Source of the DNA: Armatimonadota bacterium
GTDB lineage: Bacteria > Armatimonadota > Zipacnadia > Zipacnadales > UBA5352
DNA: 64,000 bases
Direction: 5' to 3'
Assembly: GCA_050942735.1 (NCBI GenBank)
Contig: JBMNNW010000012.1
Span: 1,053-65,052, forward strand
Numbering within the stretch: the first letter of the stretch is position 1; the number at the start of each line of letters is the position of its first letter. The notes below the pieces were generated by a model. The model saw only the letters and a list, made by a program, of their open reading frames with translations. It did not search any database and was not told the origin of the DNA. Made by a program: the position numbers and the translations under genes. Of the stretch, positions 56,101 through 64,000 are shown one piece after another.

Positions 56101-57594
56101 TCAGAATATGCCTTCGTCGGAACCAGACCCGGTCGCCGGTGTCTCCTCGGACGCGGCGGAACGGCCGGTCGGCGGGATGTCGCTGCGCGGGATACCGGCC
56201 AGCACGGGGACGCCGAGCATCCGCTCGGCCTCCTGCTCATCCTGGAAGCTGAAGTCCACGTAGTGGAGCACGAAGATCAGGAGGACGCCGAGGGCGAGGC
56301 CGCCGGCCGCCGCGGCGACGAGCCTGACGAGGAACGCTCCCAGCCCCCGCGCCACATGTCGCGGCTCGGCCTCGGAGAGCACCTCAAACAATGGCGTCTG
56401 CTCCAGCAGGTCCTCCTCGGCCTCGATGCGGTCGAGGCTATCGAGCAGCGTGTTGTAACTGGCCTGCGCGGATGTCAGCCGCGCCGCGACATCCTCGAAG
56501 ACTCGGGCGTCGGCCCGGACATCAGGCAGCCGGCCGCGGATCTCCCCGGCTCTGCTCTGCAGCAGCTCAAGCTGTCGGCTCACCGCGGCTGCCTCGACAT
56601 TCGCGTTGATCGTGGTCTGAAGCAGAATCGTCGATGCCTGAGGGCTGATCTCCCTGGAGGCAGTGCTGGCCTCGAGTTCGCGGAGTCTCTCTTTGAGGCG
56701 CTCGATGGTAGCCTCAAGGGCCTTGACTTCCTCGTGCTCGGCGGTGCGCCTGGTGAGTTGCTCATCGAGTTCGATCTGTCTCTCGAGGATCGTCTGCCGT
56801 AGTGACTGCACCCTCGGGTCAACCGCGGCGACCTCCATCGGAGCGGCCTCCGGAAGTCGTCCGGCCTGCCCCGCGAGCGCCTCGGAACGCGCCTCTGCAG
56901 TCCCCCGGGCCATCTCGGTGTTCACGATCTGCTGCTCCACCAGCGCCAGTTCGGAGGTCAGTCGGTCCAGCACGCCGGTGGGTGTGACGCCGCCGTACTC
57001 CCGGGCGAGTTCATCGGTGCGACGCTGTATCTGTGCGATCTCGCTCTGGAGGATGGGCTCGCGCTGGTTGAGGGTGAAGCGGACGCGCTCAAGATCGGCG
57101 GCTCGCCGCTGACGCCAGACGTCGGCCAGCGTGGCCATCACCGCGTCACAGTAGCGCAAGGCGACGTCCCTGGCGTTGCTCACGTTCGGGTCGAATGTCT
57201 GAGCGGGGACGCCCGTTGCGGCGACGTAGATCAACGCGGCGCTGCTCCCCTGGATACGTTCTGCCCGAGGTGGCTGCAACTGACCGAGGGCCTCGCCGAG
57301 AGGGATGCCCATCTCTCGGGCCGCCGCCTCCATGACGAACCGACTCCCGAGGAACTGATTGAGGTCCTGCCAGAATCGCTGGTCATCCTCAGCTGATCCG
57401 ATGATGACCTCGTTCCCGCGCAGACGCGTCTGCCGCTGGGCGGTCTCGTGAACGAGCACTCTGCCGGTCGCCGGGTAGACCACTTCCTCCGGCAGCAGCC
57501 TCGCCACAACGACGACCGCGCTGGTCAGCGCCGCGATCACGATGGCGATCCAGATCCGCCTGCGGATGATCCGATAGTACTCGATGAACTCCAT
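56101..57594 (-). CDS. Polysaccharide co-polymerase (Wzz/Wzc membrane subunit)
   Basis: MEFIEYYRIIRRRIW, two TM segments flanking a long coiled coil, EAERMLGVPVLAGIP. Confidence 0.85.
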   Translation of the reverse strand: MEFIEYYRIIRRRIWIAIVIAALTSAVVVVARLLPEEVVYPATGRVLVHETAQRQTRLRGNEVIIGSAEDDQRFWQDLNQFLGSRFVMEAAAREMGIPLGEALGQLQPPRAERIQGSSAALIYVAATGVPAQTFDPNVSNARDVALRYCDAVMATLADVWRQRRAADLERVRFTLNQREPILQSEIAQIQRRTDELAREYGGVTPTGVLDRLTSELALVEQQIVNTEMARGTAEARSEALAGQAGRLPEAAPMEVAAVDPRVQSLRQTILERQIELDEQLTRRTAEHEEVKALEATIERLKERLRELEASTASREISPQASTILLQTTINANVEAAAVSRQLELLQSRAGEIRGRLPDVRADARVFEDVAARLTSAQASYNTLLDSLDRIEAEEDLLEQTPLFEVLSEAEPRHVARGLGAFLVRLVAAAAGGLALGVLLIFVLHYVDFSFQDEQEAERMLGVPVLAGIPRSDIPPTGRSAASEETPATGSGSDEGIF

Positions 57595-57600
57595 CCCGAG

Positions 57601-57622
57601 GCCCCTGACTGCTTAGAATATC
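57601..57622. repeat. Direct repeat copy 1 flanking the ankyrin gene
   Basis: GCCCCTG-ACTGC-TTAGAATATC; matches 58329-58350 at 17 of 22 positions. Confidence 0.6.
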
Positions 57623-57694
57623 TGTGCGTGAAGCTCCGTTATGCGCGGCGGCATTCGATGCCCGGTATTGCCCCCAACGTGTCCGGCGTTAATG

Positions 57695-58321
57695 TCACTG
57701 CACCGCCCCGTGCTGAACCATGACGCGGCCGACCTGCGCCTTCTCCCATCTGACGGCGAGCCCCAGCGGTGTCATCCCATTGTCGTCTCGGAGGTTCGGC
57801 TCAGCTCCGTACGTGAGCGCCACTCTCGCCGCGTCGGCGCTGTTGTTCATGGCCGCCATGTGCAGCGGCGTTCTGCCGCGGCTGTCGCGCGCGTTCGGGT
57901 CGGCGCCCGCCTCGAGCAGGACGGCGGCGACCTCGGCGCTGTTGTCGCGCGCGGCGAGGTGCAGCGCAGTGTAGTTGCTGATGGTTCGCTCCGGGTCTCG
58001 CACGTCCGGCTCCAGCCCCTTTGAGAGCAGGAATGCCGCTATCTCGGCCTGCCCGCTTACCGCGGCGGTGTGCAGGCCTGTGTATCCTCCCTCGTCGAGG
58101 TCCCGCAGATCCGCGCCCTGCTCGAGGTGGTACCGGACGTCGTCGAGATCGCCGGCGCGAATCGCCTCGTGCAGTGTGAGGTAGCGCGGTCTCTCGACCG
58201 TCGTAACCACACCCCAGAGCCCGGCGACGATGACCAGGCCAAGAAGCGGCCACAGCCACCGGCGCGGCCTTCCTGCTGTCTGTGTTGCACCGGGCGGCGC
58301 GGCCCTCTCGATACGGTTCAC
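57695..58321 (-). CDS. Membrane-anchored ankyrin-repeat protein
   Basis: TM WLWPLLGLVIVAGLWGVV; repeats GYTGLHTAA, YTALHLAA, GRTPLHMAA, GMTPLGLA. Confidence 0.9.
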   Translation of the reverse strand: MNRIERAAPPGATQTAGRPRRWLWPLLGLVIVAGLWGVVTTVERPRYLTLHEAIRAGDLDDVRYHLEQGADLRDLDEGGYTGLHTAAVSGQAEIAAFLLSKGLEPDVRDPERTISNYTALHLAARDNSAEVAAVLLEAGADPNARDSRGRTPLHMAAMNNSADAARVALTYGAEPNLRDDNGMTPLGLAVRWEKAQVGRVMVQHGAVQ

Positions 58322-58328
58322 GGAGCAC

Positions 58329-58350
58329 GCCCCTGTGCAGTTAGAATATC
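58329..58350. repeat. Direct repeat copy 2 (overlaps the stop of the export gene)
   Basis: GCCCCTG-TGCAG-TTAGAATATC. Confidence 0.6.
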
Positions 58351-60485
58351 GCGTACAATGGCGCGTTGATCAGCACACTTCTGAGCACTTCCTGCAGCAG
58401 CGAGTGCCGTATGCTCCTCGGCGGAATCCAGAGGACGTCGCCGGGACGCGCGAGATACGCGGGATCGCCATCGCGCACCTCCGCGAGATCGAACAGATGG
58501 ATCTGGCGGTCGCCCGCCTGGATCTTCTCCGCCACCGCCTGCTCGCGCTGCCGCTCACGGGTCGTGGGCATCTGGCGGGAGGTCGGGCGCGCGCCGTAGT
58601 GGCGCTCACGCCAGTCGCGCCAGCCACGCGAGGGAGCGGCCCTTTGCGGCTCCTCCACCGGCTGCCGGGCGATCCGCTCGGAACGCACCGGCTCCTCGGG
58701 GCCGACCCGGCGGATGAGCGCTATCTGGCCGATCTTCGCCGCGGACGTCGGGCCGCCGGCGTAGGCCAGCACGTCGATGACCGTGTCTCCCTCGTGGATC
58801 GGGTGCGTCCCCGGGGAGCCAACTTCGCCGAAGATGTAGACCTCCTCGCGGATGCGCGGGATCAGCAGCGTGTCGCCGGGCTTGAGCGCCCGATTGTGCT
58901 CGACTGCGCCGTCCTCCACGAGCGCCTGCACATCAACGATCAGCGGCTCAGAGTCTCGCAGGAGCACCGCGGCCTTCATGTTTGCCGAGGGCAGGGCGCC
59001 GCCGGTCAGCGCCCACAGGTCGGCGACGGTCGGCGCGTCGGTGATCGGGTAAGGTCCGGGACGCTCCACCTGGCCGACGAGATGCACCACCTGAGGCGTG
59101 CTCGGGACGATGAGCGCGTCCTCGGGTTGCAGCGCGATGTCGGCGGAGGGATTGCCCTCCTCAAGGAGCGTCTTGAGTTCGACGCGTATCTGCTCGCCCG
59201 CGCGGATGATGTAGGCGGCGGAGCTGTCCGCGTCGGCGGTGATCCCGCCCGCTCCGAAGAGCGCCTGGGTGACGGTGTGCGCCTCGTCGGGCGGAAGGGA
59301 GCCGGGCTGATGGACCGCGCCGAGGACGAAGACGGGCCTCGCCTGCGGCACGACGACGACGTCACCGGGCTCGAGCGGGGCATCGGCGCCGACCTCGTCG
59401 GAACGCGCGCTCGCGGGTCTGAGGAGCGTGCGCAGGTCCAGTTCGATCCGTGCGCCCTCTCGGAGGATGTACGCGCGGGCCAGATCGCCGTCCACGGTTG
59501 GGCCTCCGGCGAGCGCGACGGCCTTGGAGGCGCGGTCTGCGTCGGCGGTTGAGTGCGGACCGGGCGCCTGAACCGAGCCGATCACGTGGACGGCGTGAAG
59601 TTGTGCCTGGGGGACGACGATGATGTCGTCAAGCTGAACCTGCGTGTCCTGCACGACCCCCTCCGCGACCGGTCCCTCGGGGCGGACGATCGAGCGGAGG
59701 TCGAGGCTGATGCGCTCGGTGCCGCGGAGCAACTGCACGGAGCGAAGGTCCGCGCCCTGCACCGGGCCACCGGCGGCGAGGACCGCGCGCGAGGCGGTCA
59801 TGCCCTCCTGAAGCGGCACGATCCCCGGGTTGCCGACGGCGCCGACGACGCGGAGCGAGCGCTGGACAAGCGACGGGATGAAGACCGTATCCCCGGGAAG
59901 CAGCATGACGTCATGCGGCATGGCTCGCGCGGCGCCTGCCGCATCGACCGCGGCAACCAGCGTGGGCTGATCGCCGCGGATAAGCACGACCCGCTCGAGA
60001 TCTGCCTCGGGCGTGGGGCCGCCGGCGGCGGCGAGCATCGAGAGCAGCCGCGGGTGCAGGCGGAGGTCGTAGCTTCCGGGGCCGCGCACCGCGCCGAGAA
60101 TCGAGGCGGTGCGGCTGACGCTGCCGATCTGGATCACGGTCACTCTGGGGTTGATGACGAAGCGCGCGAGTCGCGCGGTGATGTCTTCGGTGATCTCGGC
60201 GATGGTGCGGCCGCCGGCCTGGATGGGGCCGATCATCGGAAGCTCGATGGTACCCTCAGGCTGGATGAAGTAGTTTCCGCCAAGCTGAGGCTCGTTGGTG
60301 ACCTGGACGGACAGTACATCTCCAGGCTGCAGTGGCATCCGGCGGAGCTGTGGGGGCACCTGCTGCGCGGCAGGCTCGGTAACGGCGTCCGCATCGGCCG
60401 CAGGCACGTCGGCGGCAACAGGGGAGATCCCCCCTGTGATGACGGAGAGCGCAATGATCGCGAGGCATACCTGCCGTACCGGCAT
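58341..60485 (-). CDS. Polysaccharide export protein (Wza/OPX-like) with multiple SLBB repeats
   Basis: Signal peptide; LQPGDVLSVQV, GTIELPMIGPIQAGG; repeated V.V.G.V..PG SLBB units. Confidence 0.88.
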   Translation of the reverse strand: MPVRQVCLAIIALSVITGGISPVAADVPAADADAVTEPAAQQVPPQLRRMPLQPGDVLSVQVTNEPQLGGNYFIQPEGTIELPMIGPIQAGGRTIAEITEDITARLARFVINPRVTVIQIGSVSRTASILGAVRGPGSYDLRLHPRLLSMLAAAGGPTPEADLERVVLIRGDQPTLVAAVDAAGAARAMPHDVMLLPGDTVFIPSLVQRSLRVVGAVGNPGIVPLQEGMTASRAVLAAGGPVQGADLRSVQLLRGTERISLDLRSIVRPEGPVAEGVVQDTQVQLDDIIVVPQAQLHAVHVIGSVQAPGPHSTADADRASKAVALAGGPTVDGDLARAYILREGARIELDLRTLLRPASARSDEVGADAPLEPGDVVVVPQARPVFVLGAVHQPGSLPPDEAHTVTQALFGAGGITADADSSAAYIIRAGEQIRVELKTLLEEGNPSADIALQPEDALIVPSTPQVVHLVGQVERPGPYPITDAPTVADLWALTGGALPSANMKAAVLLRDSEPLIVDVQALVEDGAVEHNRALKPGDTLLIPRIREEVYIFGEVGSPGTHPIHEGDTVIDVLAYAGGPTSAAKIGQIALIRRVGPEEPVRSERIARQPVEEPQRAAPSRGWRDWRERHYGARPTSRQMPTTRERQREQAVAEKIQAGDRQIHLFDLAEVRDGDPAYLARPGDVLWIPPRSIRHSLLQEVLRSVLINAPLYAIF

Positions 60486-60552
60486 TGTGCCCCACCTCCT
60501 GGTGCGATACCCGGCGTGCTGCGGTGGCGTGGCGCAATTGTCACCGCCGACT

Positions 60553-61194
60553 TCACTGATGTTCCGCGGCGGTCGCAACCTCAATTCGCGTCAACGTATT
60601 GTGTTTTTCGACCCGACGTTTGAGACGAAGTATATTCATTGATTGTCCCCGCGTCAAGGGCGGCCCGAAACGCACCCCCGGAATCGCCACTCTCAGCGCT
60701 CCCAATGCGAACGAATCAGCCGGCATGATCTCCGGCGGCCCCGGGTCGGGCGGTGCCGGCTGGTCCTCCACGAACATCAGGAGCGTGAGGCCCAGCAGGA
60801 TGTACGCGCCCGTCAGAAGCAGCAGCCATGCCGCCCGCAGGCGAGCCTCCCGGGCGCGGCGGAGCCTGACGCGAGGCAGCACATCCGCTTGGTTCGAGGT
60901 TCGTCGAAGATCTTCCTCCAGGCGCCCGACTGTTATTACGACGATCATCAGCCCAACGAGGACCGTCGCGATCGCCGAGAGGGCTATGATGATCTCGGAA
61001 AGGTCGATGTCGATCGTGAGCCAGCGGGGGCGGCGCGGGTCAAACACGCGCACGACGACCCCCGTCAGCGGCAACGCCGCGACCGCCAGCCACCTGAGAC
61101 GGCGCGCGTGCCGCCGGACGGAGGCGCGCAGGTGACGGGGTGGCCGCGTTCGGCCTGAATGATCGGTCCGCCGTGGGGGCCTCGCGAGTATCAT
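60553..61194 (-). CDS. Hypothetical membrane protein (2 TM); start uncertain
   Basis: Hydrophobic segments IIIALSAIATVLVGLMIVVITV and WLLLLTGAYILLGLTLLMFV. Confidence 0.45.
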   Translation of the reverse strand: MILARPPRRTDHSGRTRPPRHLRASVRRHARRLRWLAVAALPLTGVVVRVFDPRRPRWLTIDIDLSEIIIALSAIATVLVGLMIVVITVGRLEEDLRRTSNQADVLPRVRLRRAREARLRAAWLLLLTGAYILLGLTLLMFVEDQPAPPDPGPPEIMPADSFALGALRVAIPGVRFGPPLTRGQSMNILRLKRRVEKHNTLTRIEVATAAEHQ

Positions 61195-61349
61195 GGCCTC
61201 CCTCCGGTTGTCGGCCTGGCGGTCGGGTGCGTGATTCGGTCAGGCCCGGATGCCGCTGAGCGCAAGCAGATCGGGCCGCCGCGGGATTTCCCCGGTCGGC
61301 GGCCCGAGACGCATGCCCCCCTGTGGTGGCGGCGCGGAGTACCGGTCGA

Positions 61350-61976
61350 TCAGGCTTCAGTGGACGCCTCACCCGTCCGTCGCCGCCGAGAGGCCAGCGC
61401 GAGGGGGATCCCAAGCGCCAGCAGTACGGCGCTGACGGGTTCAGGTGTGTTGTTGATCCACTCGCTATCCTCGCCGAACTGCACATGGATAGCGGAGGGC
61501 AGGTGCGGTCGGAAATGATCATCCGTCAGCACCGGTCCACTGAAGGTCGTCCGAAACAGCCCGATGGTCTCGCCGGGGTAGACGGGGTTGTTCGAGTTGG
61601 GCCCGGGGGTTCGGGCAGGCCAGTAAACGGCGTTGCCGTGCTTCTCCGTTGACAGGACCTGCGCCTGGCCCCATACCACATCTCGAACCCATATACCCTT
61701 GACGGTGACCTCGGTGGGTGCCGCGGTCTCCCACGGCAACTCGGGGAGGTCGTAGAGAGCGAAGCCGGTCATGCGCTCGTTGCTCTCCCCGCTGTCGATC
61801 CCATTGTACCGTACTTCCCAGAAGTACGAGTACCACGGGACATCGTTCTCGTCCCATGTGACGTCGTAGGCTCCGCCGTGAGCGACCGTGGCCGTGAAGT
61901 GCGGAAACGCGTACGCGCTCGTCGCCCCCACCACCATGATCGCCACGAGGATTGGAGCCAGCGTTCTCAGTCTCAT
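61350..61976 (-). CDS. PEP-CTERM protein-sorting-domain protein
   Basis: Signal peptide; C-terminal TPEPVSAVLLALGIPLALASRRRR (PEP motif, TM, Arg cluster). Confidence 0.85.
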   Translation of the reverse strand: MRLRTLAPILVAIMVVGATSAYAFPHFTATVAHGGAYDVTWDENDVPWYSYFWEVRYNGIDSGESNERMTGFALYDLPELPWETAAPTEVTVKGIWVRDVVWGQAQVLSTEKHGNAVYWPARTPGPNSNNPVYPGETIGLFRTTFSGPVLTDDHFRPHLPSAIHVQFGEDSEWINNTPEPVSAVLLALGIPLALASRRRRTGEASTEA

Positions 61977-62245
61977 GTTGCGTCCCCTCCATCCTGCTCA
62001 GTCCGATGCGCCGCCGATCCGCGCGGGCGGCAGACGGTTGTACAGTGTCCGCCGAGCGCCGGGGTTTTGGCATGCATGGAACGGTACGCCACAAAAGGCC
62101 ACATCTGTCTCACAATCATCTCACAGAGCATTCTCATAAGCGCCACCGGCTCGGGCCGCCGATGCGTCGCCGCCGTGGCGAGGGTTGCAGAAGTACTATC
62201 GCGGCGTGTCGTGCCGCGAGAAGATCCGCGGTCCACCGACGGGCG

Positions 62246-64000
62246 CTATCCGCGCAGCCGGTCGCTCCAGCGCCACGTTGGGCGGCGAGCCGTGCCGAGC
62301 ACGAAGATGGCGTACCACAGATCGAGGGTGATCAGCATCATGATGAGCGTTCCATGATCGCGGTGCCCCTCAAGATGCTCCGCGAGCAGAGGGTTCACCC
62401 TCGCCTCGTCGAGCAGCGAGACGCCCCGTGTGAGCGCAGGAAGCAGCCGGGCTGCGTCGTGGCCGGCGATCCACTCGCGCAGCCACTCACCGATCGGCGC
62501 GCGGAAGCCCTGCTTGGGCCTGTCGAGCACCTCATCGGGCAGCACACCGCGGGCGGCCTCGTAGAGCAGGACCTTCCGGCGCAGGCGGCCGCGCAGCAGA
62601 TCGAGCACAGAGCCGGTGGCCTTGAGGCGGGGCGGGAGGGTCTCGACGAGATCGCGCACCCCGGCGTCGAGGTAGGGCTCGCGGACGATCAGGCCGTGGT
62701 AGCCCGCCATCTTCCCGACCTTCGCGAAGACGCCGCAGGAGCCGTCGATCGCGAGATCGAGTGCGGTGATCCGCTCGAACTCGCTGATCTGCGCCCCGTC
62801 GTGGTCGAGCAGCAGCGGGTCAATCCGACCGTTCCGCGCGGGCAGAGCCTCCGGGCGCAGCAGCAGAGATCGAGCGCTCTCGGGCAGAAGCTCGCGGCAG
62901 GCGATCTCACGGTAGATCGACAGGTAGGCCTGAACCGGGTCGCAGGCGACCGACTGGAGGGCCTTCCACGCCAGCCTCCCGCAGCCGGACCGGCGCAGCG
63001 AGCGCCAGAGGCCGCCGCGCGGGCAGCGGTACTCGGGGGGCAGCAGCGCGGCTGCAAGCGCAGGCATGCCGGGAACTCCGCCGAGGGTGCTGCGCATGAG
63101 CGCCACCGGGTAGTGCCGGCCGAAGAGGTGATCGGGGCCGTCGCCGGAGATCACCGCGGGGATCTGTGCGCGGGCGAAGCGGGCGAGGTTGAAGGTCGGG
63201 ATGAACGAGTAGTCCATAGCGGGCTCCTCGAGGGCCCAGACCATCTCGGGCAACTCGTCGAGGACGGCCGCGCTGGTGAGCGCGAGTTCGTGGTGCTCTG
63301 TGTCGAAGCGTTCGGCGACGAGGCGGGCATAGGCGGACTCGTCGATCTCCTCACCGGGGTATGTCACTGAGAACGTGTGGATCGGCTCGTCGCTCAGCTC
63401 GCGCATCGCCGCGACGTTGAGGCTCGAGTCGAGGCCGCCGCTGAGGAATGCGCCGATCTCGTCGGCCGACCGGATGCAGCGCGCGACCGCGTCGCGGTGG
63501 GCCTCGCGGAGCCGCCGGGCAGGGTCCCCGCCGGCTTCATCGGGCGCGAGCCGTAATCTGAAGCCCCGGCGCAGATCGACAGCCCCGTCGCGCAGGGTCA
63601 GCACGCAGCCGGCGGGGAGTCGCGAGACGCCGGCGAAGAGCGTGTCCGGCGGCAGACCGTGGCCGACGTCGAGGTAGCTGTCGAGCGCCGCGTCGTTGAC
63701 CACGCCGCTCCAGACCCCGCTGCCGACGACCGCGCGGGCATCGGTGCCGAAGACGAACGCGCCCTCCGCCTGTGCGTAGAAGAGTTGGTGGATGCCGCCG
63801 ATCCAGTCGGTCAGCAGGGTCAGGTAGCCTCTCTCGGGTTGCCAGATGGCGGCGGCGAAGAGGCCGGAGATCTCGGGCGTGCGATCGAGTCCCCCGTTGC
63901 GACTGAGGGTGAGCAGCCTCGCTGCGGCCTCCGCCCTGACGAGCACCTCGCCATCGATCCCCACGCTGCCGCTGACGATGGCGCAGGCGGCGGTATCGGC
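62246..64000 (-). CDS. Asparagine synthetase B-family amidotransferase (5' end outside the window)
   Basis: FLSGGLDSS, HTFSV, ISGDG.D.LFG, PYLD, RPKQGF. Confidence 0.88.
   Translation of the reverse strand, partial: ADTAACAIVSGSVGIDGEVLVRAEAAARLLTLSRNGGLDRTPEISGLFAAAIWQPERGYLTLLTDWIGGIHQLFYAQAEGAFVFGTDARAVVGSGVWSGVVNDAALDSYLDVGHGLPPDTLFAGVSRLPAGCVLTLRDGAVDLRRGFRLRLAPDEAGGDPARRLREAHRDAVARCIRSADEIGAFLSGGLDSSLNVAAMRELSDEPIHTFSVTYPGEEIDESAYARLVAERFDTEHHELALTSAAVLDELPEMVWALEEPAMDYSFIPTFNLARFARAQIPAVISGDGPDHLFGRHYPVALMRSTLGGVPGMPALAAALLPPEYRCPRGGLWRSLRRSGCGRLAWKALQSVACDPVQAYLSIYREIACRELLPESARSLLLRPEALPARNGRIDPLLLDHDGAQISEFERITALDLAIDGSCGVFAKVGKMAGYHGLIVREPYLDAGVRDLVETLPPRLKATGSVLDLLRGRLRRKVLLYEAARGVLPDEVLDRPKQGFRAPIGEWLREWIAGHDAARLLPALTRGVSLLDEARVNPLLAEHLEGHRDHGTLIMMLITLDLWYAIFVLGTARRPTWRWSDRLRG

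Noticed and set aside
61952-63370. 472-aa plus-strand ORF
   Set aside because: Mostly antisense to the asnB-like gene; no motif support

Overview
GC-rich bacterial chromosomal window. PEP-CTERM, an SLH-porin, a large SRP RNA and a four-subunit POR suggest a diderm Terrabacteria-type organism, possibly Armatimonadota-like; this is inference. Bases 1-43.3 kb hold a chemotaxis plus flagellar supercluster: cheX-like, cheA, cheW, an OM-barrel-like gene, an MCP, cheR/D/Y/X/B, flagellin, fliD, fliS and a flgN/fliT-like gene on the + strand, and the basal body, hook, motor and export genes on the - strand. Embedded in it is an apparently self-contained regulatory cascade. It comprises rpoN (sigma54), a sigma54 activator with no DNA-binding domain, a soluble histidine kinase with a non-canonical H-box, fliA, and a second degenerate sigma28-like gene. 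Five GG-N10-GC sigma54 promoter motifs lie just downstream of stop codons or a terminator, and there are 2-3 sigma28-type promoter motifs, one of them upstream of rpoN. flhA carries a single-base frameshift. The rest of the window contains an SLH/collagen/coiled-coil/barrel outer-membrane tether protein, an aldo-keto reductase, six Ser/Arg tRNAs (including tRNA-Arg GCG), an Alu-domain SRP RNA, dnaX-ybaB-recR, porCDAB, and an EPS/PEP-CTERM locus with an ankyrin gene flanked by a direct repeat. No CRISPR array, rRNA, transposase or integrase was recognised. All calls come from manual motif reading; no database searches were run.
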